From an uncultured bacterium (GTDB lineage: Bacteria > Chlamydiota > Chlamydiia > Chlamydiales > SM23-39): DNA of 64,000 bases. The position numbers and the translations under genes are program-made. Positions 1 to 9,529 of this stretch are shown piece by piece; within the stretch, counting starts at the first letter, position 1; every line of letters starts with the position of its first letter. The DNA is taken from the NCBI GenBank assembly GCA_963716985.1, contig OY970323.1, positions 128,001 through 192,000 of the forward strand. The letters are read 5' to 3'. The notes under the pieces were generated by a model. That model was not told where the DNA came from. It did no database searches and saw only the letters and a list, made by a program, of their open reading frames with translations.

Positions 1-1
1 A

Positions 2-592
2 ATGTTTGACTACGGTTCAACAGCGCTTGAAAAGCGGCATATCTTTTATAAGCATCTCCTACCACTGCTTGAGTTCGGACGTGAACGCGAAGGAGTGGAT
101 CTCTCGAAGGTCGTGTTAACCCACCACAAATTGCAAGACGAAGGCAAGCTCAATTTACCGCTTGGAGAGGGGGAGCGGATAACTCTGGATCCTCTAACGG
201 AATTGGGGTCGGGAGCCGTACACACCAAGGAAAAAGCGGCGCTCGCCGAAATCATTGAACAAGTAAACCAACTTTTCGACGGCAACCTGTCAGACGATGA
301 CAAGCTGATCTATGTTAACCACGTGATCAAGGGAAAGCTTCTCGAGTCAGAAGTGCTGAAGGAACAAGCGATCAATAATACCAAGGAACAATTTGCAAGT
401 TCCTCCGATCTCATCAAGGGGATCGAGGGCGCCATTATGGATGCTCTCGAAGTGCACTCGTCGATGAGCAAACAAGCACTAGCCTCGGAACGACTGCGTC
501 AAGGCTTGAAGGACGTGCTGCTTGGTCCGGTGCAGCTCTATGAGGCCTTGCGGTCAAAAGCAACATCGGCTGCCAGGAGTCTGCATCCGTAA
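2..592 (+). CDS. hsdR: Type I restriction endonuclease subunit R, C-terminal part (5'-truncated by window edge)
   Basis: Motifs FDYGSTALEKR..F, LAEIIEQVNQLF and QAINNTKEQFASS..L resemble the C-terminus of type I HsdR proteins. ORF is open at the window start. Confidence 0.8.
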   Translation: MFDYGSTALEKRHIFYKHLLPLLEFGREREGVDLSKVVLTHHKLQDEGKLNLPLGEGERITLDPLTELGSGAVHTKEKAALAEIIEQVNQLFDGNLSDDDKLIYVNHVIKGKLLESEVLKEQAINNTKEQFASSSDLIKGIEGAIMDALEVHSSMSKQALASERLRQGLKDVLLGPVQLYEALRSKATSAARSLHP

Positions 593-602
593 GATTACGT
601 GA

Positions 603-1253
603 TCAGGAAAACATTCCTGCGATAATGGGTTGGAGCGTTTGCCATATCGAACGGAGAGAGGCGATCGCACTTACCGTTTCTTGCGCAGTTTGTAAGAGTG
701 CTTTCGCAACCGACGGACGGCGCTTCTCTTTCGGCTGGCGCGCCTCATCTGCGATCGCGCTCATCAATTCCAGAATAGCCCCCTTCTGTACATCGGACGC
801 TTCGGCCGATCTCAGTAGAGCCTCGGTAAAGCTCTTGAGGGATTCTTGAAAAGTTTGCATGGTGGGATCGGTTTTTAACACGGTGATAGAGGCATCGATA
901 TTTTGCAGGGAACCGGTGATCGATCCTGTGCTGAGAACGCCTATGGCACTTTGGTCAATTTTTATGTTATTCAAGACGAAATCTCCTATGACAGAGGTTC
1001 GCTTGGGAGAGGCGGCTGCGTATCTTTCATAAAATCCTCGGGGCATTCCGGTGCTATCCTCCATATTGCTCAGTTCAAAATTTATGCCACGAATATTTTG
1101 TTCTTCCATTTTCCAAAGGCGCTCCTGGTATAAATCCCAACACTTCAAGCAGAGCGGATGCCTAATTTCTTTCCACGTTCCGAAGAGAAAAAAGGCGCCT
1201 CCACATTGTGAGCATTTCAGATTAGCCCAAGGCGGGTCTTCAGGTTTATTCAT
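603..1253 (-). CDS. Hypothetical protein with two CxxC motifs (island cargo)
   Basis: Within ORF 603..1397. Likely start MNKPEDPPW (ATG 1253). CSQC...CLKC near the N-terminus, helical C-terminus. Confidence 0.6.
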   Translation of the reverse strand: MNKPEDPPWANLKCSQCGGAFFLFGTWKEIRHPLCLKCWDLYQERLWKMEEQNIRGINFELSNMEDSTGMPRGFYERYAAASPKRTSVIGDFVLNNIKIDQSAIGVLSTGSITGSLQNIDASITVLKTDPTMQTFQESLKSFTEALLRSAEASDVQKGAILELMSAIADEARQPKEKRRPSVAKALLQTAQETVSAIASLRSIWQTLQPIIAGMFS

Positions 1254-1387
1254 GTGAGGTTCCGTGGAGAGTTTGATTGTGTAATATAAATCGAGTCGGC
1301 ATTCCATCCCATATGAAAACTTGGATCGATCGGCTTCGACGTGAGTCGCTGCGAGATTGGATTTCGAACGATGGGCCATTTGTGCGT

Positions 1388-1464
1388 TACCTGCCACATA
1401 CCTGCCACATTTCAGATTTTTGTGGGTTGGTAGCTGACATCGATGTGATCATAACTCACTGATA
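1388..1464. promoter_or_regulatory. Probable att-site arm: tandem 11-bp repeat plus IHF-like site
   Basis: TACCTGCCACA x2 at 1388-1409. Minus-strand TATCAGTGAGTTA (1452-1464) fits WATCARNNNNTTR. Lies just beyond the tRNA 3' end. Confidence 0.5.
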
Positions 1465-1472
1465 AGAAAAAA

Positions 1473-1547
1473 TCTGGGTGAGAGGATTTGAACCTCCGAC
1501 CTCTTGCACCCCATGCAAGTGCGCTAGCCAAGCTGCGCTACACCCAG
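1473..1547 (-). tRNA. tRNA-Pro(GGG)
   Basis: Reverse complement CTGGGTGTAGCGCAGCTTGG...CTTGC-ATGGGGT-GCAAG...GGTTCAAATCC...CACCCAGA folds as a cloverleaf with anticodon GGG. Confidence 0.95.
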
Positions 1548-1726
1548 ACAAAAAAAGAAGACTTATAGTAGAATGCAGATCCTCTTTCTGTCAAATTCTT
1601 TCGCTGAAGAAACCGGGGTCTAAAAGTTTCTTGGTGAATGGCAAGAGAAGATGGCGATCTTCTTTCCTCTTTTCTTTTTTTTTGATAATTTCGTTTTGGC
1701 TTTCTAAAAAAATTGAGGTGGGTGCG

Positions 1727-2419
1727 ATGGCTGAAGATGCGTTTTATATGGAAAAGGGGTGGAAAGAGGTTCTTCGGGAAGAGTTTGATCAACCTTATAT
1801 GAAGCAGCTACAGGCGTTTCTTGCCCGGGAGATTCAGGAGGGGCACACCATATATCCGCCCGGGCACCTGATCTTCAACGCTCTTTGCCAAACGCCTTTT
1901 GACGAGGTGAAAGTAGTTATTGTAGGCCAAGATCCCTATCATGGGGAAGGTCAGGCGCACGGTCTTTCTTTTAGCGTTCCTAAAGGGGTGACCCCTCCCC
2001 CCTCTCTACAAAATATTTTTAAAGAGATCGTAGAAGACGTAAAGATCTCGATGGCCCAACAGGGCAATCTTCTCTCTTGGGCAAAACAGGGTATTCTTTT
2101 GCTGAATGCAACGCTTACGGTCAGAAAGGCAGAGCCCAAATCCCATTATGGAAAGGGTTGGGAAATTTTTACCGACCATATCATAGAAAAACTTGTTTTG
2201 AAAAAGGACCCCATTGTTTTTTTACTTTGGGGAAAATCGGCTCAAGAAAAGTGCGAACGCGTTTTTCAAAGAAAAAATCATCCGCATCTTGTTTGCTCAG
2301 CAGCACATCCATCTTTTTATTCGGCGAGCGGATTTTTTGGATGTAAACATTTTTCTAAAACAAATGAATTTTTAAAAACTGTTGGAAAAAGTCCCATTAA
2401 TTGGCAAATTAATGAGTAG
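1727..2419 (+). CDS. ung: Uracil-DNA glycosylase (family 1)
   Basis: GQDPYH, AHGLSFSV, PPSLQNIFKE, LLLNATLTV and HPS motifs. Start re-called at MAEDAF. Confidence 0.97.
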   Translation: MAEDAFYMEKGWKEVLREEFDQPYMKQLQAFLAREIQEGHTIYPPGHLIFNALCQTPFDEVKVVIVGQDPYHGEGQAHGLSFSVPKGVTPPPSLQNIFKEIVEDVKISMAQQGNLLSWAKQGILLLNATLTVRKAEPKSHYGKGWEIFTDHIIEKLVLKKDPIVFLLWGKSAQEKCERVFQRKNHPHLVCSAAHPSFYSASGFFGCKHFSKTNEFLKTVGKSPINWQINE

Positions 2420-2456
2420 AGAGTAATATAGTTTTTTTCCCCAGGCGGAGGTTTTA

Positions 2457-3683
2457 GTGGAGATTGTCAGAAAAAGAAGGGTGACTCTTTTCTCCATTTT
2501 TTTCACTTTTTTTGTAGATAATTTGGGATGGGCGATTATCTTTCCGATTTTCGCGCCCTTTTTCCTTGGCTCAAATAGCCAAATTTTCTCTTCCGAGTGG
2601 ACCATCGCCGGACGAACGACGCTTTTGGGCGTCTTTTTAGCTATCTATCCCCTCGCGCAATTTTTCGGATCGCCGATATTAGGAGAAATGGCCGATGTTT
2701 CAGGAAGGAAAAAAGCCTTTCTTTTTTCTCTGGTCTTAACGCTGATCGGATATGTGATAGGAGCGATTGCTCTTTCAAAAGGGAATTTGATCCTTCTCTT
2801 CTTTTCACGCCTTTGCTGCGGTTTTTTTTCCGGAAACCTTTCCATCTGTTTGGCAGCCCTTTCTGATTTGAGCACGAATGAAAAGATGAAGGAAAAATAT
2901 TTTGGCTATCTTTCGGCGGTTGTGGGATTTTCCTTCATCGCGGGTGCTTTTTTAGGAGGAAAACTTTCCGATGCTACGCTGAGTTCAACCTTTAATTTCT
3001 CCTTTCCCCTATGGGTGGCGGCAGGACTTAGTTTTTTGAATCTTCTCATTTTAAGTTTTGGTTTTTCAGAAACTCTTTTTGTTCCCAAACACATCAAGTT
3101 TGATTTTCTTGAGGGCGTGCATAACATCCAGGAAGCGCTGAAGACTCCAAAATTGAAGGTTTTTTATCTGATCTATTTTCTCTTTCTTTTTGCATGGAAC
3201 ATGCTCTTTCAGTTTACCCCAGTGCGCATGGTGAGCCTCTTTCATTTCTCTTCTTCCAATATCGGAAACGTCTCGGCATTCATGGGAGCCTGCTGGGTCT
3301 TGGGCGCTAGCTTGGGCAATAAATTAGCTCTGAAAAGATTTTCTTCTTTAAAAGTTCTCGAAATCGTTCTCATCTCTTTTACGACCTTCTGCCTGATCCT
3401 CTCTTTCCAAAAACAGCTGATCAGCGTCATTGCGATCGTGGGTGTATGCATTATCATCACGGGAATCGGCTGGCCTTCCTGTGCGACGGTGATTTCCAAT
3501 CTAGCTCCGAAAGGGATTCAGGGGAAAATTTTAGGAATGAGCCAATCGATGCAATCTCTTGCCATGGCGATGGCTCCTTTGCTCGGAGGCATCGGAGATA
3601 AGTTTTTTGTTCGCGCTCCTTTTCTCTTAGCGGCTTTTGCTAGTTTTATTGCATCACTCTTTTATTTTCGCATTAAGCTCTAA
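2457..3683 (+). CDS. MFS transporter (TetA/DHA1-like efflux)
   Basis: About 12 hydrophobic helices. YPLAQFFGSPILGEMADVSGRK is MFS motif A. Confidence 0.9.
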   Translation: MEIVRKRRVTLFSIFFTFFVDNLGWAIIFPIFAPFFLGSNSQIFSSEWTIAGRTTLLGVFLAIYPLAQFFGSPILGEMADVSGRKKAFLFSLVLTLIGYVIGAIALSKGNLILLFFSRLCCGFFSGNLSICLAALSDLSTNEKMKEKYFGYLSAVVGFSFIAGAFLGGKLSDATLSSTFNFSFPLWVAAGLSFLNLLILSFGFSETLFVPKHIKFDFLEGVHNIQEALKTPKLKVFYLIYFLFLFAWNMLFQFTPVRMVSLFHFSSSNIGNVSAFMGACWVLGASLGNKLALKRFSSLKVLEIVLISFTTFCLILSFQKQLISVIAIVGVCIIITGIGWPSCATVISNLAPKGIQGKILGMSQSMQSLAMAMAPLLGGIGDKFFVRAPFLLAAFASFIASLFYFRIKL

Positions 3684-3768
3684 TGTTGCAGAAGATTACG
3701 TAATGTTTTTTAAAACGAAGAGTCCTCTATGAAAAATCCTTTTTTTCCACTGTCATGCTTAGATCCAA

Positions 3769-4038
3769 CTAAACCTTTAAATTTTTAAAGAAACACCAAT
3801 AATAGAAAATTGGCAGATGAAAAAAATCAACAACGGCAACTGTCGCCAAAATGATAACACCTACCCCTTTTGCAAGGGCAAAATATTCAAAAAAAGCGGC
3901 GATCAAAAGAAGAACCACATTCGCAACTGCCAAGGTCTTCCAAACTGAGGAAGCCTCAGCCTTGACCTCTTTAAACTCTTTAAAAAAATAATACAAGTTT
4001 ACTCCCGGAATAAGGGGAAGAATTTTGTCTTTGATCAT
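3769..4038 (-). CDS. Small membrane hypothetical protein
   Basis: 89 aa, two closely spaced hydrophobic segments, AT-rich. Confidence 0.5.
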   Translation of the reverse strand: MIKDKILPLIPGVNLYYFFKEFKEVKAEASSVWKTLAVANVVLLLIAAFFEYFALAKGVGVIILATVAVVDFFHLPIFYYWCFFKNLKV

Positions 4039-4344
4039 TTTTGTTTTTCCTGGCTACAAATCCAACTAACCGTAATTGTGGCAAGGCAAAGAAACTCTAC
4101 TATATGAAATAGGGCTTTCTTGCGTGCTCATTTTGACCTTCGGATTAAAAATTCACAAGAAACACCTTGTGACAGAAAGTGATTATTTTCAAGATTTCTT
4201 GTTATCTACCTGCACGAGCAATGTTGAAAAGAATAAACTTCGACCTGCCTCAAAAAAAGAAAGTTTTTGGGATTAATCGCTGGTGTTGCAGAAAATTTTT
4301 TGAATAGTTAATGTGGAAGTTTCATTGATCATGAAAGGTTTTGC

Positions 4345-4566
4345 ATGTCTTTTTCCTCTGATGAAGGCCACAAATCTTTAAGTGAAATTCTTGACGAGCA
4401 TCTTTTGCAGAACCCTCCTTCTTCGCATACGGAAGCTCTTTTGTCGGAAGAGGTCAGCGGTAAAATGAACGACGCCTCTCTTTCGTTTGATTCGCTGATG
4501 AAGATGCAGAAAAGGCTGACGGAGGTCTATCACGATTTGATGAGTAAAAAGGTGCGTCCGAAATAA
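4345..4566 (+). CDS. Hypothetical protein with FliE-like C-terminus
   Basis: C-terminus MNDASLSFDSLMKMQKRLTEVYHDLMSKKV follows the FliE pattern M..AS.S......RNKL..AY.E.M.M.V. Confidence 0.5.
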   Translation: MSFSSDEGHKSLSEILDEHLLQNPPSSHTEALLSEEVSGKMNDASLSFDSLMKMQKRLTEVYHDLMSKKVRPK

Positions 4567-4709
4567 TCAACTGGCAGTCTTCAAAAAACGTTTATTACGA
4601 AATGTTCAAAACGAATTTTCTCAATAAAAACTAACATGTATAGACAATCTTTTCAGGTGCAAAGAAACGCTCTGTTTTTCTATACTAATTAAGTCGCCGG
4701 GAGAGAATT

Positions 4710-5066
4710 TTGTTCGAAAAGAATTTTTGCCAAGAGCTTTTTTTATCTTTAAATCAGAAGGGAAGTTTTCGTCTTTCTTCTCAGGGATTTTTGATCCGCC
4801 TCGAGAAAAATTTCTCCGATGGGTGTCTCACCCTTTCGACCCTTTTGTTTCAAAAGGATTTTTTGCCCCCATCCATTCAAAATTTAGCTGAAGGGACGCA
4901 GAAAAAAGAGAGTCTGTCCCCCTATTTGACCATCGACGAAAAAGGGATGGAAATTTTTTTAATTCAAAAAGTTCCTTTGTTTTTGCCAAGGCAGCTCGAA
5001 TGCCTCGTGCCCAAATTTCTTTTTTTCGCCAAAAGATGGTTCTCGCTTATTCAGGAGCTTTCTTAA
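4710..5066 (+). CDS. Hypothetical protein, possible CesT-like type III secretion chaperone
   Basis: 118 aa alpha/beta pattern ending in an F...A..W amphipathic helix, as in class I chaperones. Start codon uncertain (TTG). Confidence 0.4.
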   Translation: MFEKNFCQELFLSLNQKGSFRLSSQGFLIRLEKNFSDGCLTLSTLLFQKDFLPPSIQNLAEGTQKKESLSPYLTIDEKGMEIFLIQKVPLFLPRQLECLVPKFLFFAKRWFSLIQELS

Positions 5067-5073
5067 AACCTTC

Positions 5074-5823
5074 TTATTCTTTTGACAAAAGAACAGAGAG
5101 CTGTTTCAAAAGGGTTTTAATCTCTTTTGCTTCGTGTTCTTTGGGATGAAAGAGCGGATGGGAGAAGAGGTCGATCAGCCGCTTCAGAGAGATGGCTGCT
5201 TGCCCTGCAATGTTCGGCAGCCTCTTGTCATCTTTATCAAGAGGAAAGGCTTTTCGAATAAGGGTTAAAAGCTCCTGCTTGGTTTGTCCCTCCTGATAAT
5301 TTTTAACGATCTCCTCTTTTTGCGTCGCAGCACCCGATCGGCTTGCTAGGGTGTAGATGGCCTGCCTTGGCATTTGGTCGATGACGGGCTGTAGTTTTTC
5401 AGGCATGGAGGTGTAGAATTCATAGTATTGAAGAAAGTTGTAGGGCGTCTGTCTGTTGCCATAAGTAGCAAGCAGCCAGGCGGTGAAAGCGCCCTCTTTG
5501 TAATTTTTTAAAATATCTTGCGCCCTCTTAATTCTCTCTCCATGAAGCATGACGGCTTGATTGGTGATGGCCTTTACTTCGGAGGTAATTGCCGATAGTG
5601 ACTGAAAGTCTTGCTCTGTGCCTTCGTATTCTTCCTTTTTGAACTGCTGCAAAAGCTCTTGCAGAGAATTCTTTTCTCTTTGGTTCAAAGCGCTTACGCG
5701 AAAAATTCCCGAAAAACTGGATAGATTTCCCTCTGTCGCGCGCGCTCCCAGAGAGGCCATCTTGTCCTTTGGTGCTTCTTTTTGATGCAACCTGAGATTT
5801 AAAAGAGCCTGAAATTTTCCCAT
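5074..5823 (-). CDS. pGP6-D family protein (CT583-like)
   Basis: ITSEVKAITNQAVMLHGERIKRAQ, GAFTAWL..YGNRQTPYNFLQYYE and MPRQAIYTLASR. Directly downstream of parA. Confidence 0.9.
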   Translation of the reverse strand: MGKFQALLNLRLHQKEAPKDKMASLGARATEGNLSSFSGIFRVSALNQREKNSLQELLQQFKKEEYEGTEQDFQSLSAITSEVKAITNQAVMLHGERIKRAQDILKNYKEGAFTAWLLATYGNRQTPYNFLQYYEFYTSMPEKLQPVIDQMPRQAIYTLASRSGAATQKEEIVKNYQEGQTKQELLTLIRKAFPLDKDDKRLPNIAGQAAISLKRLIDLFSHPLFHPKEHEAKEIKTLLKQLSVLLSKE

Positions 5824-5853
5824 GGATTTTCCTCCCCTAGAGGTAAAGCGGCT

Positions 5854-6606
5854 TTACAGTCTATTGATCATTTCTTTTGTTAGCAATTGATAATCGTCCG
5901 CGGCCCGGCTGGCGGGAGAAGTGTCGAAGATCGGCTTTCCGTAAATAGTCGCTTCGGAGACAGCGATGTCTCTTCGAATTTTTGATTCTAAGAGTTTGCC
6001 GGGAAATGTCTCCTCAACAACCTTTTGAAATTCCCGATTATTTTTGCCGCGGGGATTCCAGAAAGACAAAGAGACTCCTAATACTTTCAAAGAGTGGCGC
6101 TCGGACATATTGTTTAAAAAAAGAGAAAGCCTTTGCAGGCCCTTCACGCTATAAAATTCGGGCGTGGCGCAGATGAGTGCATAGTGCGACGCAATGAGTG
6201 CGGACTCGGTGAGCCAGCAAAGAGAGGGAGGGGTGTCGATCAAAATAAAGTCATAATCGAGGGGGGAGAGGATTCTTTTTAAACGCTCGTGCGAATAACG
6301 GTCGGCAGCCAAAGGCCCGGTCACTTCAATTCTTTCTAGCCAGGTATCGGCAGGGATCAAGTCCATTCCCTTTTGGCAGGTAGAAACGATCACTTGTTCG
6401 ATTGTCTGGTTTCCCTGAAGAGGGGCGGCTAAGCTTTCCTGTTCATCGGGATTCAATCCGAGGCCGGCGGTAAGATTTGCCTGAGCGTCGAAATCGACCA
6501 GCAGCACGCGTTTTTTATGAAAACGATTGAGCGCGGCGCCTACATGCAGGGTCGTTGACGTCTTTGCTGTCCCCCCCTTGAAACTGCTCACTGTAATAAT
6601 AGTCAT
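5854..6606 (-). CDS. parA: ParA/MinD family ATPase
   Basis: Deviant Walker A FKGGTAKTST, plus VDFDAQANLT and IDTPPS. Confidence 0.93.
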   Translation of the reverse strand: MTIITVSSFKGGTAKTSTTLHVGAALNRFHKKRVLLVDFDAQANLTAGLGLNPDEQESLAAPLQGNQTIEQVIVSTCQKGMDLIPADTWLERIEVTGPLAADRYSHERLKRILSPLDYDFILIDTPPSLCWLTESALIASHYALICATPEFYSVKGLQRLSLFLNNMSERHSLKVLGVSLSFWNPRGKNNREFQKVVEETFPGKLLESKIRRDIAVSEATIYGKPIFDTSPASRAADDYQLLTKEMINRL

Positions 6607-6623
6607 CGCGCTCCTCAGCAACT

Positions 6624-8546
6624 CTAAGCAAGGGCGAAGATAGACACGAGGCTCTTTTCTCTTTTTTCGGTCGTGATTTTTTCAAGAAAATGAGGCAACT
6701 CTAAACCACCATGAATCACGTTGTCCCTTGTTCTCAAAGAAAGGGTCTGATTCTTCACTTCTTGATCGCCCACCGTAATCATATAATTGATTTTTAATAA
6801 TTGTGCATTACGAATTTTTTTGGACACCGACTCGTTCGAGTCATCCACGTCGCAACACACATCGGTCTCCTCTTCGATCTTGTTTGCCAACATACGGGCA
6901 TATTCCACATGGCGATCGGCGACGGGAATCATTCGTACTCCAAGAGGAGAGAGCCACAGGGGAAATTTTCCCGCAAAATGTTCGATCAGAACGCCGAAGA
7001 AGCGCTCGATTGAACCGAAAAGCGCGCGGTGGATCATCGCAGGTCTTTGGCGCGATCCGTCGGCAGCGATATATTCTAGGTCAAATTTCTCCGGAAGAGA
7101 AAAGTCTACTTGCACCGTTCCGCACTGCCAGCTTCTTTCCAAAGCATCGCGGATATGGATGTCGATTTTGGGGCCGTAAAAAGCGCCTCCTCCTTCATTG
7201 ATTCGATAGGGGTGGCCGATTTCATCGAGAGCAGCTTTGAGAGCAATCGTTGCATTTTCCCAATCCTGATCGGAGCCGATGGTTTTGGATTTTTCCGGCC
7301 TTGTGGAAAGCTCCATGCGGATCGGAAGGCCGAACGTATTATAGAGGTTTTGTGCAAAGGAGAGTATGAGGAGGATTTCTTCCTTGATTTTTGTTTTTTC
7401 CGTAAAGATGTGGGCATCGTCTTGATGAAAGCTGCGAACGCGGAAAAGACCGTTGAGAGCGCCGGAAGCTTCATATCGATGTACGTTGCCAAATTCGGCA
7501 ACGCGAAGCGGAAGCTCTCGATAGCTATGCGTGTTTGTTTTGTAGTAGAGCATGCAGCCGGGGCAGTTCATCGGCTTGATTGCAAATTCGCGATCTTCAA
7601 CAATCGTGGTATACATGTTCTCTTTATAGTAGAACCAGTGGCCCGAACGCTCCCAGAGCTCTTTCGTTAAAAGAATCGGGGTTTTGATTTCGATGTATCC
7701 CGCTTTTTTGAGACCTTTTCTTAAAAACTGGAGCAGATTGTCCCAGATGATCAATCCCTTTGGATAAATAAAGGGCATGCCGGGGGCCTCCTCTTTGAGG
7801 CCGAAGAGAGAGAGTTGCTGGCCAAGTATTTTGTGATCTCTCTTTTTCGCCTCTTCTAAAAGAGTTAAGTATTGCAAGAGCAGATCTTTTTCCGGATAGG
7901 AAATGGCGTAAATGCGGGTGAGCATTTCTTTAGTAGAGTCTCCCCTCCAATAGGCGCCGGAAGTTTTTAAAATTTTAAACGCCTTGATTTTTCCCACGTT
8001 GGGCAGATGGGGCCCTCGGCAGAGATCGAGAAATTCTTCAATTTGATAAGCGGTGAAAGGACCCTCGGGCAGATCTTGAATGAGCTCTTTTTTATAAGAA
8101 TTATGGGCAAAGGCGTGCAACGCTTCTTTTTTGTCCTTGAAAACCTTTTTTTGAATCGATGCGTTGTCCTTGATAATTTTTTTGACCTCTTCTTCAATGG
8201 CCCCGAAATCTTCTTCCGAGATTTTCAAATTTGCAAAATCATAATAAAAGCCCTTATCAATCGCGGGGCCGATCGTTGGAACTGCAGAAGGGTGAAGTCG
8301 TAAGATGGCAAGAGCCAGAACGTGGGACGAGGTATGCCAAAAGATTTCCTGTCCTTTCGGATCGTCAAAGGAGAGAAATTCGATTACGTCTCCATCTGTC
8401 AGCATCTGGCTGGCATCAAAAAGGTCCTCTCCGATTTTTACTGCAAGCGCCTGCTTGGGCTCTGTGAGCTTGAGTGTTTTTGCCAAATCGAGGGCAGAAC
8501 TTTTTTCCGGAAGAGAGATTTCTTTGCCTTGATATTTGATCTTCAT
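6624..8546 (-). CDS. thrS: Threonine--tRNA ligase
   Basis: FWHTSSH, DLCRGPH, KPMNCP, HQDDAHIF, AFYGPKID, WQCGT and HRALFGSIERF. Start re-called at MKIKY. Confidence 0.98.
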   Translation of the reverse strand: MKIKYQGKEISLPEKSSALDLAKTLKLTEPKQALAVKIGEDLFDASQMLTDGDVIEFLSFDDPKGQEIFWHTSSHVLALAILRLHPSAVPTIGPAIDKGFYYDFANLKISEEDFGAIEEEVKKIIKDNASIQKKVFKDKKEALHAFAHNSYKKELIQDLPEGPFTAYQIEEFLDLCRGPHLPNVGKIKAFKILKTSGAYWRGDSTKEMLTRIYAISYPEKDLLLQYLTLLEEAKKRDHKILGQQLSLFGLKEEAPGMPFIYPKGLIIWDNLLQFLRKGLKKAGYIEIKTPILLTKELWERSGHWFYYKENMYTTIVEDREFAIKPMNCPGCMLYYKTNTHSYRELPLRVAEFGNVHRYEASGALNGLFRVRSFHQDDAHIFTEKTKIKEEILLILSFAQNLYNTFGLPIRMELSTRPEKSKTIGSDQDWENATIALKAALDEIGHPYRINEGGGAFYGPKIDIHIRDALERSWQCGTVQVDFSLPEKFDLEYIAADGSRQRPAMIHRALFGSIERFFGVLIEHFAGKFPLWLSPLGVRMIPVADRHVEYARMLANKIEEETDVCCDVDDSNESVSKKIRNAQLLKINYMITVGDQEVKNQTLSLRTRDNVIHGGLELPHFLEKITTEKREKSLVSIFALA

Positions 8547-8704
8547 GGGGAACTCTTGTCTAAAATGGTTGTTCAAAATAGAACTGATGTTACTTGATTG
8601 TGATGAAAAACCAAATAAAAAAACAAGAGGGAGAAAAACTTTTTCTTTTTGTGATTTTTGTGGTATGAAGGAAACCATTCTTAAAAACTTTTTGAGGAAT
8701 TCTT

Positions 8705-9517
8705 ATGAAAAAGCTTCTTTTCTTCGCGCTTCTTCTCTCCGGGGGGACGCTCCAAGCGCTTGCTACGTACAATCCAAAATCTCCATCGATGATCCATGAA
8801 GGTTTTTTCTTTTCTCCTTCGAGTTTTATCGGCTGTCGTGCGGGCTATGAGGGAAGCTTTGTCTTTGATCGGAGAATGGAGCAAGAGGATCCCGAAGGTG
8901 GCCGTGTCGATGAGTGGAAAATGGACTCCCACCTTGGCCTTGCGGTTGTGAACTTATGGGATCGTCTCGACCTTTATGGCGGGGCCGGACAAGTGCGCAT
9001 TCGCTCTGCATGGCGCGTGGAACCGCTGGGGCAAGATATTTCCCGCATTGATCTCGAGACCCATTATGGCCTTACCTGGACCGTGGGGGCCAACGTGATC
9101 TGCTACGAATGGAAAGATTTTTGTTTTTCTGTGGGAGGAAGATATGAAGAGGGAGATCCCGCGCTTCTCTGGATATCCTCGAATGGCCAGCCGTTTGCCT
9201 TGGGAAAAAAGAGTGAAATGGAGTGGAAAGAATGGCAGGCCAACGCCTCCGTTTCTTATAAAATCGATTTTCTGATCCCTTATATCGGTGTGAAATATTC
9301 TGAAGCCGAGGCAACCGTTACAACCTTTCAGGATGAAATGGCGCTTCCTATTGCCATTGCTAGCGATGACGGATCTTCCTTAAAAATGGAGAGCAGAAAA
9401 ATTTGGGGCATGGTCTTGGGTTGCGGCCTTTCCAATTCCAAATACTTTCAGCTTAATATCGAAGCGCGCCTGTTTGATGAAGAGGGCGGCGTTATTTATG
9501 GAGATTTTCGTTTTTAA
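8705..9517 (+). CDS. MOMP-like outer membrane protein
   Basis: Signal peptide, NP..PS motif, FVFDR, EWQ...SYK..FLIPYIGVKYS and terminal FRF, all as in the chlamydial MOMP family. Confidence 0.8.
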   Translation: MKKLLFFALLLSGGTLQALATYNPKSPSMIHEGFFFSPSSFIGCRAGYEGSFVFDRRMEQEDPEGGRVDEWKMDSHLGLAVVNLWDRLDLYGGAGQVRIRSAWRVEPLGQDISRIDLETHYGLTWTVGANVICYEWKDFCFSVGGRYEEGDPALLWISSNGQPFALGKKSEMEWKEWQANASVSYKIDFLIPYIGVKYSEAEATVTTFQDEMALPIAIASDDGSSLKMESRKIWGMVLGCGLSNSKYFQLNIEARLFDEEGGVIYGDFRF

Positions 9518-9529
9518 AAATCAGGCTTG

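Noticed and set aside
1478..1726. N-terminal extension of the ung ORF
   Set aside because: Overlaps the antisense of tRNA-Pro. UNG homology starts near ATG 1727.
2457..3683. Acquired tetracycline resistance gene
   Set aside because: Generic MFS in core context with no tetR or mobile flanks. The substrate cannot be inferred.
5074..6606. Integrated plasmid (parA plus pGP6-D)
   Set aside because: This pair next to thrS is a known chromosomal feature of chlamydiae.
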